Shown here piece after piece: positions 22,495 to 33,298 of a stretch of 64,000 bases of DNA. Position numbers and translations under genes: made by a program. Origin of the DNA: an uncultured delta proteobacterium (GTDB lineage: Bacteria; Desulfobacterota; Syntrophorhabdia; Syntrophorhabdales; WCHB1-27). The first letter of the stretch is position 1; every line of letters starts with the position of its first letter. The stretch covers positions 306,335 to 370,334 of the forward strand of contig CAWEPK010000005.1 in the NCBI GenBank assembly GCA_963810935.1. Reading direction: 5' to 3'. Under the pieces are notes generated by a model. That model was not told the origin of the DNA, searched no databases, and saw nothing but the letters and a program-made list of their open reading frames with translations.

Positions 22495-23859
22495 TTACCG
22501 CGCGGCGCACCAATAGAACGCGGCGCCGATTGCGATGGTGAATAGCCCCCAGAAGACGGTCACGGGCTTGTCTATCAGCATCATCGACACGATGAGCAGG
22601 TTGCCGACGATGAATATTAGCGGCGTCGCCGGGTAACCGAAGGTGCGGTAAGCGCCGGCCGTCATCTTTATTTCGGCCCTCAGGCGGAGAAGGCCGAGGA
22701 CGGTGAGGACCGAAAAGAGCGAGAGGGTGAACCCGATATACAAAAGCAGCGTCTCGAACGAGGACGTGAGGATCATGCATATCGAGATCGCCGCCTGCAG
22801 GGCGATTGAAAGCACGGGCGTCCTGCGCCTGTCGTCTACTTTCCCGAAGCGGCTGAAGAACGCCCCGTCCCGCGACATCGCGTAATAGACCCTCGGGCCG
22901 GTGAGGATCATGGCGCTGAGCGCCGAGAGGATGCCCACTGCGATAGCCCCCGTCAGCAAACGGCCCGTGCCCGCCCCGAACAGGGCCGACGCCGCCTTCT
23001 CTCCGACCTCCACCACCCCGCTCATCTCGCCTATGGGCAGCGCATAAACGTACAAGGCATTGAGGGCCAGATAACTGAAGGTCACTACAATGGTGCCTGC
23101 GAAGAGGGCAAGCGGTATGTTCCGCCCCGGGTTCCTTATCTCGCCGCCCAGGTAAGCGGCGGCATTCCAGCCGCTGTATGCGAAGGAGATGAAGATGAGG
23201 GACGTGGCGAACCTGCCGCTGAAAAGCGAGGCTGCCCTGAAATCGCCTGTAAAATGCGAGAGGGAGCCGCGCCCCAAGAGGAAGCCGCCCACAATGAAAG
23301 CGACGATCACGGTGACCTTGAAAACCGTAAGCGTACCCTGGACGCGGCTGCCCAGGCAGACGCTGTGCATATGAACCAGCGAGAGCGCGACAACGGCCAT
23401 GACGCCCATAAGGGTCTCGGTAGAGATGACCGCAAGATCGAACCCGAAGAGGCTGACCTTAAGCAGCGTAGCGGAGGGGAGCGAGAACGCCTTCAGGAAA
23501 TAGACGGAGAAAGCAATGGCGGAGGCGGCGATAGGGGCGGAAAACCCTACGATCAGGGACACCCACCCGGACAGAAATGCGGGCAACGGCCCGAAGGCCT
23601 CTTTCAGATAGGCGTATTCTCCTCCCGCCCTGGGGAATTGAGCGCCAAGCTCCCCATAGCAGAGGGCGCCGCACAGTGCGAAGATGCCGCCAGCGGCCCA
23701 GCAGAGCAGAAGCGGCACCGGGTGGGCAAGGTCCCGGGCGACGAACCCGGACGTAGTGAAGACGCCCGTGCCGATCATGTTGGCTATCACGACGACGGTT
23801 GCGGAAAAGAACCCGATTTGCCTGGCCATGCCGGGTTTGCTTGTCATGTCAGCGCTCAT
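22495..23859 (-). CDS. APC family amino acid permease
   Basis: NMIGTGVF, GGEYAYL, FAYSGWN; many TM helices. Confidence 0.9.
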   Translation of the reverse strand: MSADMTSKPGMARQIGFFSATVVVIANMIGTGVFTTSGFVARDLAHPVPLLLCWAAGGIFALCGALCYGELGAQFPRAGGEYAYLKEAFGPLPAFLSGWVSLIVGFSAPIAASAIAFSVYFLKAFSLPSATLLKVSLFGFDLAVISTETLMGVMAVVALSLVHMHSVCLGSRVQGTLTVFKVTVIVAFIVGGFLLGRGSLSHFTGDFRAASLFSGRFATSLIFISFAYSGWNAAAYLGGEIRNPGRNIPLALFAGTIVVTFSYLALNALYVYALPIGEMSGVVEVGEKAASALFGAGTGRLLTGAIAVGILSALSAMILTGPRVYYAMSRDGAFFSRFGKVDDRRRTPVLSIALQAAISICMILTSSFETLLLYIGFTLSLFSVLTVLGLLRLRAEIKMTAGAYRTFGYPATPLIFIVGNLLIVSMMLIDKPVTVFWGLFTIAIGAAFYWCAAR

Positions 23860-23890
23860 CCGGGTGGTTTCCGCCCCCTCCACCTGGGGC

Positions 23891-24562
23891 TTACCTCTTC
23901 GCCTGACCGAAGACCAGAAAATACTGCTTCGGCAAAAAGTTGTTCTCCTGCACGAAGGCGTAACCCGCACGGCTCATCTCTGCCTTTATCTGGTCGGGCG
24001 TGCTGCGCGCGCTCTTCGGCGGGCCGTCTACCGAATCCATGCGAAAGTCGATGATTGCGATGCGTCCGCCCGGTTTGAGCGAATCGTGGAGCTTGCGCAG
24101 GTATTGAAGCCGGTTCTCAAGATGATGGTAGGTATCTGCTATGAAGATAAGGTCAACCTTTTCGGGCAGGCGCGGGTCGTCGGGAGCCGCCTGTACCGGG
24201 ATGACGTTGGTCAGCCCCATGTTCTTTGCGCGGTCGGCAAGGTACTTCACCATGTCGGCCTCGGTATCCACGCCATAGACCCGGCCCTCCGGGACCATGT
24301 GGGCGAAGCGGACCGAGAAGTAGCCGGTTCCCGCACCGATGTCGGCAATAACGGCATCCGGCCTGAGCGCCAGCGCCTGGATCACCTGGTGGGGTTTCTG
24401 CCAGGCGTCGCGGCTCGGGTCATCGAACTCCTTCGCCCATTGCGCAGCGCCCTGAAAGCTATGGTGAGCCGTATCGTGATGGGTCTGCGCAGGCGCGGGC
24501 GGCGCCAATAATGCGGCGCAGGTTAACATTACGAAAAACGATAGAACAAATATCCGGGTCAT
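23891..24562 (-). CDS. Class I SAM-dependent methyltransferase with signal peptide
   Basis: IADIGAGTGYF, LKPGGRIAIID; N-terminal signal and His-rich segment. Confidence 0.85.
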   Translation of the reverse strand: MTRIFVLSFFVMLTCAALLAPPAPAQTHHDTAHHSFQGAAQWAKEFDDPSRDAWQKPHQVIQALALRPDAVIADIGAGTGYFSVRFAHMVPEGRVYGVDTEADMVKYLADRAKNMGLTNVIPVQAAPDDPRLPEKVDLIFIADTYHHLENRLQYLRKLHDSLKPGGRIAIIDFRMDSVDGPPKSARSTPDQIKAEMSRAGYAFVQENNFLPKQYFLVFGQAKR

Positions 24563-24619
24563 GTTTCATCTCCTTGTAGTCTTCGGCTTTTAGCTGTAAG
24601 GGCGACGACTACCGGCAGA

Positions 24620-24919
24620 CTAACATCGTAGAGGGGTTGGATGCGGGAAGACGGAGGGTGCGATGTCTGTCACGCCTTTTATAAAGATTAACGAGATCGG
24701 CGGCCGGCCAGGGGCAGGATCGCCTGCATGGCCGGTTGACTGCTCCGATTGAAAGGTGACCGAGTTAAATTGACAGTGATTGCATTTGACGAGGTGCTTA
24801 CCCGCAGCCATCGATGCGCCATTCGCCGCTTTATGGGCGAGTTTCAGGGGCACAAGCACGAGGAGCATCGGAATAAGAATCAGAGCGGTGACCAGAAAAA
24901 CCTTGTTCTTCCCTGTCAT
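24620..24919 (-). CDS. Small hypothetical membrane protein (CxxC, ends PLRC)
   Basis: TM helix, CNHC; co-oriented upstream of the methyltransferase. Confidence 0.5.
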   Translation of the reverse strand: MTGKNKVFLVTALILIPMLLVLVPLKLAHKAANGASMAAGKHLVKCNHCQFNSVTFQSEQSTGHAGDPAPGRPPISLIFIKGVTDIAPSVFPHPTPLRC

Positions 24920-25090
24920 GGGTCTCCTGACGCGATATCTTATCAATATACACTACAAATGTGAAAAGACGTAGAAGGAATTATGAAGAATTGTGAAGAA
25001 GCGTTCTCTGTCGTTGCCCGCGCGATAAGTCACCATTAAGTTTAATGCAGGCCGGTCGATCGAAGGCCAATCACCGCAAGGAGTACCGCG

Positions 25091-25987
25091 ATGAAGAAGA
25101 TCCTATTCGCTCTGGCCGTTCTTTTCTTTGCAACCGGCGTCTGGGCTGCCCCTCCGTCGGCGACAACCGTCTACCAGCCGATGACTGCGGAAGGGCTTGC
25201 GGCAGGCTATCCATTTGAAGCATGGGTCTACTTCGACAAATCCCCCGACCCTGCCGTCCCCGGCTATGCCTTCCCCGCCGGGGCAACGCTTAAGTTCAGG
25301 TTCCCTGCAGCGTTCGCGCCGCAGGCCGGCCACGCCCCATCGGCCGTTCTGCTCAATGGCTGGCCTCAGGGGCCGATCCAGTCTCCTTTCACGATAGGAC
25401 TCGATCCGAAGGACCAGCGGACGATCGTGCTCAAGCTTGTCAAAGACCTTCCGTCCGGTCCCCGCGAAGCCCCGGGCCTGAAGGCCATCCATCTGCGGTG
25501 GGGACCGCTCAATCCGGCGCAGGCGGGTAATTACCCCATGACCATCGAATACTCCGATGCGGGGGACCTGTCCGGCTCGACAAAACTGATGGTGCCCGTC
25601 ACGCCGAAACCCGTTCCCAATATTGCCGGATATAATACACTCCACAGCGGGCGGAACGAGAACTATCAGCATATAAAGGCGGGGCAGCAGGCCGGGCTTC
25701 CCATAAATTTTCTCGTGACGCTTCCCGATAAGGCCCGGTCGTTTATCTCGCTGCGGCCGATGCAGGATGGGAACCTTGAAATCATGAGCGACGGAAGCCC
25801 GATAGGCACGATCCGTAAGCGCGGGGTCCCCGTTATGCTGGCGCCCGAGCCTTTCGGCCCCGGGTATGCCAGGCTGGGCATAGTCCAGTTCTATATTACG
25901 GCAGGCCCGACACCGGGAGAGGCTGAGATCGAGGGCAGGCTGACAGGAGGAACGAGCTACACGATCAAGGTCGCCGTGGAGCGGTGA
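25091..25987 (+). CDS. Hypothetical exported protein
   Basis: 298 aa, AGGAG RBS, signal peptide MKKILFALAVLFFATGVWA. Confidence 0.75.
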   Translation: MKKILFALAVLFFATGVWAAPPSATTVYQPMTAEGLAAGYPFEAWVYFDKSPDPAVPGYAFPAGATLKFRFPAAFAPQAGHAPSAVLLNGWPQGPIQSPFTIGLDPKDQRTIVLKLVKDLPSGPREAPGLKAIHLRWGPLNPAQAGNYPMTIEYSDAGDLSGSTKLMVPVTPKPVPNIAGYNTLHSGRNENYQHIKAGQQAGLPINFLVTLPDKARSFISLRPMQDGNLEIMSDGSPIGTIRKRGVPVMLAPEPFGPGYARLGIVQFYITAGPTPGEAEIEGRLTGGTSYTIKVAVER

Positions 25988-26048
25988 CGTAAAAGCTTTA
26001 CTTGTGTCACGTATATAAGCATTGTCGCTGTGATTGACTGCGGGACCG

Positions 26049-27155
26049 CTATACGTCTTTCCAGTCGAAGAATTCCCTGAACTTCTGCTTGAAGCCCTGA
26101 TTGTGGGCGCCGCCTCCGTTATGCAGCTCTTTCGCCAACTCCTCCAGGAGCTCCCGCTGCCTGTCGTTGACGTTCTTCGGCACGGTTATATGCAGGTGGA
26201 CAAACTGGTCGCCCTTACCGTATCCGTTCGTCTTCGGCACGCCCTGGCCCTTCAGCCTGAACACCTTCTCCGGCGGCGTGCCCGGCGGTATCTTCAGGCT
26301 CATTTCCCCGCCCAGTACGGGGACCTTGATCTCACCGCCCAGGCAGAGCGTCGGGAAGCCGACCTCCGTACTGACGTAGATGTTGTCGCCCTGCCGCTCG
26401 AAAATGGGGTGCTCGTTCACCTTGAGTACGACGTAGAGGTCGCCGGGGACCGAATCGTTCTGCCCCTGCGCGCCCTCTCCACGCATCTTCAGGCGGGTGC
26501 CGTTGTCGACGCCGGGGGGCACGCTGATCTTCAGGATCTTTTTAACCCTTGTAGTCCCCCTGCCCTTGCATACCTTACACGGGTCCTTGATTACACGGCC
26601 CTCGCCCCCGCAATGCTCGCACGTCCTGTTTATCGTGAAGAAGCCCTGCGTGAAGCGGACCTGGCCGCGCCCGCCGCACGCCTTGCATACGATCGGCTGG
26701 AAACCGGGCTCGATTCTCGTCCCCTTGCATGCCTCACAGCGCACCTCGTGGGGGATGTCTATCTCTTTCTCCACGCCGAAGACGGCCTCTTCGAACTCGA
26801 TCTCCATGTTGTAGCGCAGGTCTTCGCCTTTGCGGGTCCTCCTGCGCTGGGTCTGTCCGAAGAAGTCGTTGAAAAGGTCGCCGAATATGTCGTCGAAATT
26901 CCGCGTGAAGCCGAAGTCGTACGAGCCGCCGGTCCTCGTGTCCGCGACGCCGAAACGGTCGAAGCTCGACCGCTTTTCCGAGTCGCCGAGCACTTCGTAC
27001 GCCTGGTTTATCTCTTTAAATTTCTCTTCTGCTTCGAGGTTCCCCTGGTTGCGGTCGGGGTGGTGTGCAAGGGCGAGCTTGCGGTATGCTTTCTTTATCT
27101 CATCATCTGTTGCGTTCCTGGAAACGCCCAGTATTTCGTAATAGTCCCTGCTCAT
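26049..27155 (-). CDS. dnaJ: Chaperone DnaJ
   Basis: J domain HPD; four CxxCxGxG-type repeats. Confidence 0.97.
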   Translation of the reverse strand: MSRDYYEILGVSRNATDDEIKKAYRKLALAHHPDRNQGNLEAEEKFKEINQAYEVLGDSEKRSSFDRFGVADTRTGGSYDFGFTRNFDDIFGDLFNDFFGQTQRRRTRKGEDLRYNMEIEFEEAVFGVEKEIDIPHEVRCEACKGTRIEPGFQPIVCKACGGRGQVRFTQGFFTINRTCEHCGGEGRVIKDPCKVCKGRGTTRVKKILKISVPPGVDNGTRLKMRGEGAQGQNDSVPGDLYVVLKVNEHPIFERQGDNIYVSTEVGFPTLCLGGEIKVPVLGGEMSLKIPPGTPPEKVFRLKGQGVPKTNGYGKGDQFVHLHITVPKNVNDRQRELLEELAKELHNGGGAHNQGFKQKFREFFDWKDV

Positions 27156-27169
27156 AGTTGAGCACTATT

Positions 27170-27770
27170 TTACTCCGTTTCAGGCTTTTTCGCAACGGCC
27201 ACCATGGACGGCCGCAGCAGCCTCCCGTCCATCACGTAGCCCTTCTGGAACTCGGCGGTGACCGTCCCCGGCTCGGCCCCTTCCTTCTCTTCCTGGTAGA
27301 TCGCCTCGTGCAGGTTGGGGTCGAAGGGCTGCCCCACCGCCTCAACGCGCTTCACGTCGAATTTCTCCAGGACCTTCAGTAGCCCGCTCAAAGTGAGGGC
27401 TACTCCTTCCGCGATGGCCTTTGCCTCTTCCGTCTTGCCTGCGTGCTCGATCGCCCTTTCCAGGTTATCGATCACGGGTAGAATCTCCTTGATGAGCGTC
27501 TCGTTCCCGAACCTGAGGACGTCCTGTTTTTCACGCGCCTTGAGCTTCTTGAAATTCTCGAAATCGGCCTGCTGGTAAAGGAGCCTTTCCTTCAGCCTCG
27601 CCTATCTCCTTATCTTTCTCGGCGGCGGACGTCTTCAGCTCGTCCGCGCCGTCTTCCTTCTTTTTTTTCTTCTTATCCGCTTCGTGCTCGGGCGCATGGC
27701 GCTCTTCTTTCCCGTCTTTGCCGCCTTCGGTATGTATATGGATGTGTTTCTCTTTTTCCTTCTCGTCCAT
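27170..27770 (-). CDS. grpE: Nucleotide exchange factor GrpE (frameshift at ~27596)
   Basis: ADFENFKK...FDPNLHEA...GRLLRPSMV after removing one base. Confidence 0.93.
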
Positions 27771-27778
27771 GCCCATCC

Positions 27779-28810
27779 TCACATGATCCTTAGTAGGTTG
27801 GTTACCGCCTGGGCCGTATAGTGGACGATCGGTATTATCCTGGAATAATTCATGCGCAACGGGCCGATCACTCCAAGCACTCCCTGGTTTTCACGATCTG
27901 CCCCGTACGGCGAGGTGATGATGCTCATGTCCCTCATCTCCCTCACTTCCGTCTCGGCTCCTATAATGACGTTGATGCCGTCCTGGTCTACGCTCTTGTC
28001 GAGAAGCCGCAGCAGCTTCCCCTTCTTTTCGAATGCCTGGAACAGGTCCTTGAGCCTGGTTATGTCGGAAAGCTCCGGAACGCCGATGAACTTGAAGGTC
28101 CCTTCCAGGTAGACTTCCCTGGAGCCTTCCCCCTGCATGATCCCTTCGAGGACGTCCATGACCTTTCCCATCAGCTCGTGGAAGGCCTCCCTGTCCCTGG
28201 CCATATCCGCGAATATCTGCTTCCTCAGGTCGTAGAACGGGACCCCTTCGCACTTCTCGTTCATGTAGCCCTTCATGCCGGCCAGCAGCTCAGGCGGCAG
28301 CTCCTCGTCCGTGTTGACGAGGCGCGTATGGACCATACCCGCCGAGGTCACGAATAAGACGAGTATCGTGTTCTTCGAAAGCTTCACGAACTCGACTTCT
28401 TTGAAAAGCATGTAATTTATTTTCGGCTCGACGACTATGCCCGTGTACTGGCAGAGGTTCGCGAGCATCCGTGACGCGTCGCCCATGATCTCTTCGACGT
28501 GCGAGTAACGGTGGGCCGCCAGCCCTGCGAGGGCGTGCATCTCGCGCTTTCCGGGCAGACCGGGCACCAGCAGCGTGTTAACGTAGTACCTGAATGCCTT
28601 TCCGGTCGGTATCCTCCCGGCGACGACGTGGGGCTTGTAGAGAAACCCCTGCTCCTCCAGGTCGGCCATGACGTTCCTGATGGTGGCCGAGCTCCATTTG
28701 CCGTTGACGCGCGACGACAGCGTACCCGAGCCGACCGGCTCCGCCGATACGATGTAATTGTTCATTATAAGGTCAAGGACCTGTTTTTCTCTAGCTGTCA
28801 ATGCTTCCAT
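27779..28810 (-). CDS. hrcA: Heat-inducible transcription repressor HrcA
   Basis: EPVGS, SSATIRNVMADLE, GRIPT, GVIGPLRMNY. Confidence 0.95.
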   Translation of the reverse strand: MEALTAREKQVLDLIMNNYIVSAEPVGSGTLSSRVNGKWSSATIRNVMADLEEQGFLYKPHVVAGRIPTGKAFRYYVNTLLVPGLPGKREMHALAGLAAHRYSHVEEIMGDASRMLANLCQYTGIVVEPKINYMLFKEVEFVKLSKNTILVLFVTSAGMVHTRLVNTDEELPPELLAGMKGYMNEKCEGVPFYDLRKQIFADMARDREAFHELMGKVMDVLEGIMQGEGSREVYLEGTFKFIGVPELSDITRLKDLFQAFEKKGKLLRLLDKSVDQDGINVIIGAETEVREMRDMSIITSPYGADRENQGVLGVIGPLRMNYSRIIPIVHYTAQAVTNLLRIM

Positions 28811-28888
28811 AACACATAATAAGGTAATGATATGAGCAATAATTGTCAAGCAATACGAAGGCCCGCACGCCGCTTGGGGACAATGGCG

Positions 28889-30109
28889 TCAGGGCGTGTG
28901 AGGGCCTTCGTCTTCTTCTGCGCCTGAGACTTCCGCGGCAGGCAGCCCACGCTCGTTCCTTATCTCCTCCATCCGGTTGAGGGGCCGCTCCAGTTGCCTG
29001 CGCCGCACCCCGCTAAGGGCCTCGAAGTCCTTCTGCAGGTCGCCTATCCGCTTTCCCATCCCTTCGAGCCTTTTCAGGAACTCGTCCCACTGTTTCTTGA
29101 AGATGCCGAGGAGTGATAGTATCTCGTTGGAGGTCTCCTCCATGGAGAAGGCGTCGATGGCCTGCCTGATGACCGCGAGGACCGCGAATAGCGTGATCGG
29201 GGAACAGCAGACGACGTGCTGCCTGAGCGCCTCCTCGAAGGCCTGACTGTCCTGCTCCTGGATGAAGGCGTAAATCTGCTCGTTCGCGATCAAAAGGAGC
29301 GCGCAGTCGAGGGTCTGCTGCTCCGGGTTGATGTAATCCCTGGTCGCCACTTCCCTGACCTTGGCCTTCACGTCACGCAAAAAGTCGGCCCTGAAGCGCG
29401 CCTTCTCGCCTTCTGCCTGGGCGTCGAGGGACCGCATGTAATTGTCGAAGGGGAACTTTACGTCCATGTTGAGCCGGAGGCCGCGCGGGAGAAGAAACGT
29501 GAAGTCCGGCCTGGAGCCCGCGCCCTGGATGGTCTTCTGCTTCAGGTAATTGACGTTCTCGACGAAGCCGGATGCGCGAAGGACGTCTTCGGCCATCCGT
29601 TCCCCCCATTGCCCCCTGGCCTTGCTGCCTGCGAGGGCCTCTTTGAGGCTTGCCGTCGTGCCGGCCAGCAGCGCGGTCTGCTCCCCTGCCAGCTTGAGGT
29701 GACTGGTCAGCTCGCCGAATTTCTCGACCCTGTCCTTTTCAAGCTCCCGCATGAGCCTGCCGACGCCGTCTACCTGCTCGGCCATCTTGCGCAGCTCCCT
29801 GTCGATCAGCTCCTTGCGCGCCTCGAGCTCGTTCGCGGACGCCTGCCGCTCGGACTGGAGGTGCGTCTTCGCGAGCTTGAGGAACTCTTCCGTGGACTGC
29901 GAGAGGGCGTCGAGGGAGAGGCTCCCGAAGCTCGCCTTCACGTGCTCCAGCATGGCCGCCATCTCGTCCCTGCGCTCCGCATCGCGCCGGACGAGGAGCG
30001 CCTCAGCAAGCTCTTTTGCCGTTTTCGCCTGATGTATCCTGAAGAGAAAAGAAACGGCCAGACCGAGGAGGAACCCGCAAGCGACTGCCGCTATGATCGC
30101 CCAGTACAT
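28889..30109 (-). CDS. rmuC: DNA recombination protein RmuC
   Basis: TM anchor, coiled coil, RGQWGE, RPDF, DVKFP. Confidence 0.92.
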   Translation of the reverse strand: MYWAIIAAVACGFLLGLAVSFLFRIHQAKTAKELAEALLVRRDAERRDEMAAMLEHVKASFGSLSLDALSQSTEEFLKLAKTHLQSERQASANELEARKELIDRELRKMAEQVDGVGRLMRELEKDRVEKFGELTSHLKLAGEQTALLAGTTASLKEALAGSKARGQWGERMAEDVLRASGFVENVNYLKQKTIQGAGSRPDFTFLLPRGLRLNMDVKFPFDNYMRSLDAQAEGEKARFRADFLRDVKAKVREVATRDYINPEQQTLDCALLLIANEQIYAFIQEQDSQAFEEALRQHVVCCSPITLFAVLAVIRQAIDAFSMEETSNEILSLLGIFKKQWDEFLKRLEGMGKRIGDLQKDFEALSGVRRRQLERPLNRMEEIRNERGLPAAEVSGAEEDEGPHTP

Positions 30110-30117
30110 AAGGCAGG

Positions 30118-31131
30118 CTAGCCTTTGCCGAGTTTTCTTGCAGCGTCCGGGAGACGCTTCAAAAGGTCGAGGGCCTTATACGCCTCCGCCTCGCTCAGAG
30201 AGCCGACCCCGCAGGACGTAGTGACGATCTCCCCTTCGTCGGACGTGCCGCCCGCCTCCGACACGTGCTGCTCGAAGGCGCGCCACGACCGGGCAAGGCT
30301 GTCGGGGCTTGCTGCGGCGAGTCCTTCGGACGAGGAGGGCACAATGCCAGGCGCTATCCGTCCGCCTCGCGCGAAAAAGCCCGAAAGCTCGCGCGGGAAG
30401 TAGAAGATCGTCTCCATAAAGCCGAAGGCGTCGTAATTGATAATATCGATGCCGGATAGAAGCAGGGCGGGCCAGTCCGTATTGCCGCAGCAGTGGACGC
30501 CTATCCGCGCGTCGAGCCCGGCGCTCGCCTCGTCGACCATCGACGTGGCCGCCTCGCGGGAGATCGACACGTATGCCGAGCCGAGCGACACCAACGCCGG
30601 CTCGTCAAAAAAGAAGATGACGTCCCTGCCCGGGCAGGCGTCCCTCATCGCCTTTATCATCCACGCCGCTTTCATGCGGATCCCCTGCTTGATGATATCG
30701 AAATAGGCGTCGTTGTATACGATGGGCTTTCCGTTCTCGTCCTTCAGGCCGATGCCGAGCGTGAACGGGCCGGTCAATTGCCCCTTGATCGCCCTGACGC
30801 CTGACGCATTCCGCCTCAGCCTTGCGAGGAACCCGTAAAACCCCGGCGCGGCCGCCTCCGATATGGCGAAGGCATCGATGTTGCCGCCGGCAACGTCCTC
30901 GTAAAACCGTTCTATCCCTTCGGTCTTGCCCGTGTCCATGCAGGTAGTGCCGCTCTGCATATCGGTGACGAGGGCGGGCACGCCTTCAAGGCCCTGGACG
31001 TACATGTCTTCCATAAAGGAGCGTTTCGGGAGCTGCGGCCAGAAAGGGCATTCCGGGCAGGACTCAAAGACTACGTCGAGCGCTTTTTCCACGTCGGTAA
31101 ACGGCAGGCTTCCGATGCTTGTCACCAGCAT
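30118..31131 (-). CDS. Cobalamin-independent methionine synthase-like (UROD/MetE fold) protein
   Basis: IGSLP, WPQLP, KGQLTGP, DEP, GVHCCG, TSCG. Confidence 0.7.
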   Translation of the reverse strand: MLVTSIGSLPFTDVEKALDVVFESCPECPFWPQLPKRSFMEDMYVQGLEGVPALVTDMQSGTTCMDTGKTEGIERFYEDVAGGNIDAFAISEAAAPGFYGFLARLRRNASGVRAIKGQLTGPFTLGIGLKDENGKPIVYNDAYFDIIKQGIRMKAAWMIKAMRDACPGRDVIFFFDEPALVSLGSAYVSISREAATSMVDEASAGLDARIGVHCCGNTDWPALLLSGIDIINYDAFGFMETIFYFPRELSGFFARGGRIAPGIVPSSSEGLAAASPDSLARSWRAFEQHVSEAGGTSDEGEIVTTSCGVGSLSEAEAYKALDLLKRLPDAARKLGKG

Positions 31132-31211
31132 GGCAATTTGTAGCACAACGGGGTGGGGGTGTCAAACCGCAGGATCTCCGGGCGTCAGGCAAAGACTGAC
31201 GTGCTATGCTA

Positions 31212-31258
31212 TTGACGTTCGGCCGTTTTTTTGCTAACTTATCGTGAACAGGCGTTCA
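31212..31258 (+). promoter_or_regulatory. sigma70 promoter plus TetR-type operator palindrome
   Basis: TTGACG-N17-TAACTT (31212-31240), then TGAAC-AGGC-GTTCA (31245-31258). Confidence 0.6.
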
Positions 31259-31261
31259 TTA

Positions 31262-31864
31262 ATGGGCAGGCAACCGTCTCCACTGGCAAAAGCAAACATC
31301 CTCTCCGCAGCGAGACAGGTATTCGCGGACAAGGGGTACAAGGAAGCGACCGTCAGGGAGATCGCCCGGTTCGCCGGCGTGGCGGTAGGTGGACTCTATC
31401 CATATTTCGGGAATAAGGAACAGCTTTACGTCGAGGCGCTGGAGGAAGGGATCAAGCTGTATAAGGAAAGGATCCGGGAGCTGGAACACGAAGAACCCGC
31501 TGTTGCGATCAGGCGCTACATCGAGAACCATCTCGAATATACGGTTTCCAGAAAGCAGAGTATCTCGCTCCAGTTCAAGGACTACGACCTGGAGTTTGCC
31601 AAGCCGTTCAGGACCGGATTTTTCAGGTTTCAGAAAGATTTTCTTGCCGGGATTATCCGCAGGGGCACAGAACGGGGGATATTCAGGGCGGCAGACTGCG
31701 AGGATGCAGCCCTCTTCATCCTCTGCGTGCTGAAAGGGGCTGTCTTTAACAGCCTGGCGGGTACGATAGACCTAACCGCATCGCGAGATAGCCTGTGGCG
31801 CTCGGTCCTGATCTTTCTGAAACAGGAAGAGACGGGCGGGGAAACGGACGTACACCTGGGGTGA
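31262..31864 (+). CDS. TetR/AcrR family regulator
   Basis: ILSAARQVFADKGY...TVREIA...LYPYFGNKEQL. Confidence 0.93.
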   Translation: MGRQPSPLAKANILSAARQVFADKGYKEATVREIARFAGVAVGGLYPYFGNKEQLYVEALEEGIKLYKERIRELEHEEPAVAIRRYIENHLEYTVSRKQSISLQFKDYDLEFAKPFRTGFFRFQKDFLAGIIRRGTERGIFRAADCEDAALFILCVLKGAVFNSLAGTIDLTASRDSLWRSVLIFLKQEETGGETDVHLG

Positions 31865-31983
31865 GGAAGGGGGACCGGCCGTTCAGGGACCGCCCAGGTG
31901 AGGGGCCTTCAGGCGGCGCCGGTTTTTGGGGACGTGAGCTTCAAGGAGATGTCAACGAGATGCTTCCAGGGGGTAGGATAGCG

Positions 31984-33291
31984 ATGCGGTCGTGCGCCTT
32001 CGCCGTTGTCGCCATCATCGCCGTCATCGTTTTCTTCGTGCCCTTCCGTGCCTGCTCCGAGCCGCTTACCCTTCCCGACGGCCTAAAGATAGTAACGGAG
32101 GAAAACCGCGTCGTCAGGATAAAACAACAGGAAGAGAAGATGTCCCATGCGGACACCATCATCGCCCGATCGAGGCTGCTGCCGAGCGTCAATACCTCGT
32201 ACGGCCAGACCTTTCTGGAAAACCAACCTGGTTTGCGCGCAGGCTCTCTGGTCGCCCAGACCTCGGAAAAAAGCTTTTATGCCTACCAATTCGTGATCCA
32301 GCAGATCCTCTATGATTTCGGCGGGGTCAGCTCCCTGTATAAATCCGCGCAGTTGATCGAGGATACGAGGCGGCTCGAGACCGTGAGGGTCAGGAATGAG
32401 CTCGCCCTTGCCTTCACGACGCTTTACTTCGACGTCCTCGAATCAGAGAAGGTGATAGCCGTCGCGGAAAGAGAAATAGAGGCCCTTGCCTCGCACGCGC
32501 AAGTGGCCCGTGACCTGCTGCAGAACGGCCTGATTACGAAGAACGATCTACTCCAGGCAGAGGTGCAGCTCGCTGACGCGAAACGGAAGCTCCTGAACGC
32601 GAAAAACACCAGGCGGATAAACGGGGCCAGGGTAAACAACATGCTTACCAGGCCGCTTTCGAGCCGGGTCGAGGTGATCGAGGTGACGAGGCCGTACGCG
32701 AAGATGCCGCCATATGAGGGAGCGGCCGAGATTGCGGAAAAACAACGGTCGGAGATGCAGATAGTCGACGCCACGCTCAAGGCCCTCGCATACGAGGAGA
32801 CGGCGCGTAGAGCCGAGTATCTGCCGAAGTTCCTCGCCCAGGGCGAATACGACTACACGAAGAACAAATACCTGACTTACGAGAACAATGCAGCGGTAAT
32901 CTTCCTGATGAGCTTGAATCTCTTTAGCGGCGGAAGCACGAGGGCCGCGGTGCAGAAAGTGCAGACAGCCGGGTCCCGGCTCCGCATCGAACGGAAAAAA
33001 CTGGCGGACGACATCGGCCTGGAGCTCGAGAAGCACTATCTCGATGCCGTAAACGCAAGCGAAGCTATCAAGGTCGCTCTGGGCGCCCTCTCCCAGGCGG
33101 AGGAGAACGTGAGGATCACCAGGGTCAAGTATAAGGAGGGCACGGGCATCGCGCGGGACGTGACGGACGCGATAGCCCTGCGCGCCCTTTCAGAGACGAA
33201 TTATCACCGGGCCGTCTACGACTACTACCGCTCGGAGGCGGGCTACCTTTACGCCTTGGGAGAGAACCTGAAGGACGAATACGGCAGATGA
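31984..33291 (+). CDS. TolC family outer membrane efflux protein
   Basis: Signal peptide, duplicated OEP helical repeats; context; start approximate. Confidence 0.88.
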   Translation: MRSCAFAVVAIIAVIVFFVPFRACSEPLTLPDGLKIVTEENRVVRIKQQEEKMSHADTIIARSRLLPSVNTSYGQTFLENQPGLRAGSLVAQTSEKSFYAYQFVIQQILYDFGGVSSLYKSAQLIEDTRRLETVRVRNELALAFTTLYFDVLESEKVIAVAEREIEALASHAQVARDLLQNGLITKNDLLQAEVQLADAKRKLLNAKNTRRINGARVNNMLTRPLSSRVEVIEVTRPYAKMPPYEGAAEIAEKQRSEMQIVDATLKALAYEETARRAEYLPKFLAQGEYDYTKNKYLTYENNAAVIFLMSLNLFSGGSTRAAVQKVQTAGSRLRIERKKLADDIGLELEKHYLDAVNASEAIKVALGALSQAEENVRITRVKYKEGTGIARDVTDAIALRALSETNYHRAVYDYYRSEAGYLYALGENLKDEYGR

Positions 33292-33298
33292 GACTTCG

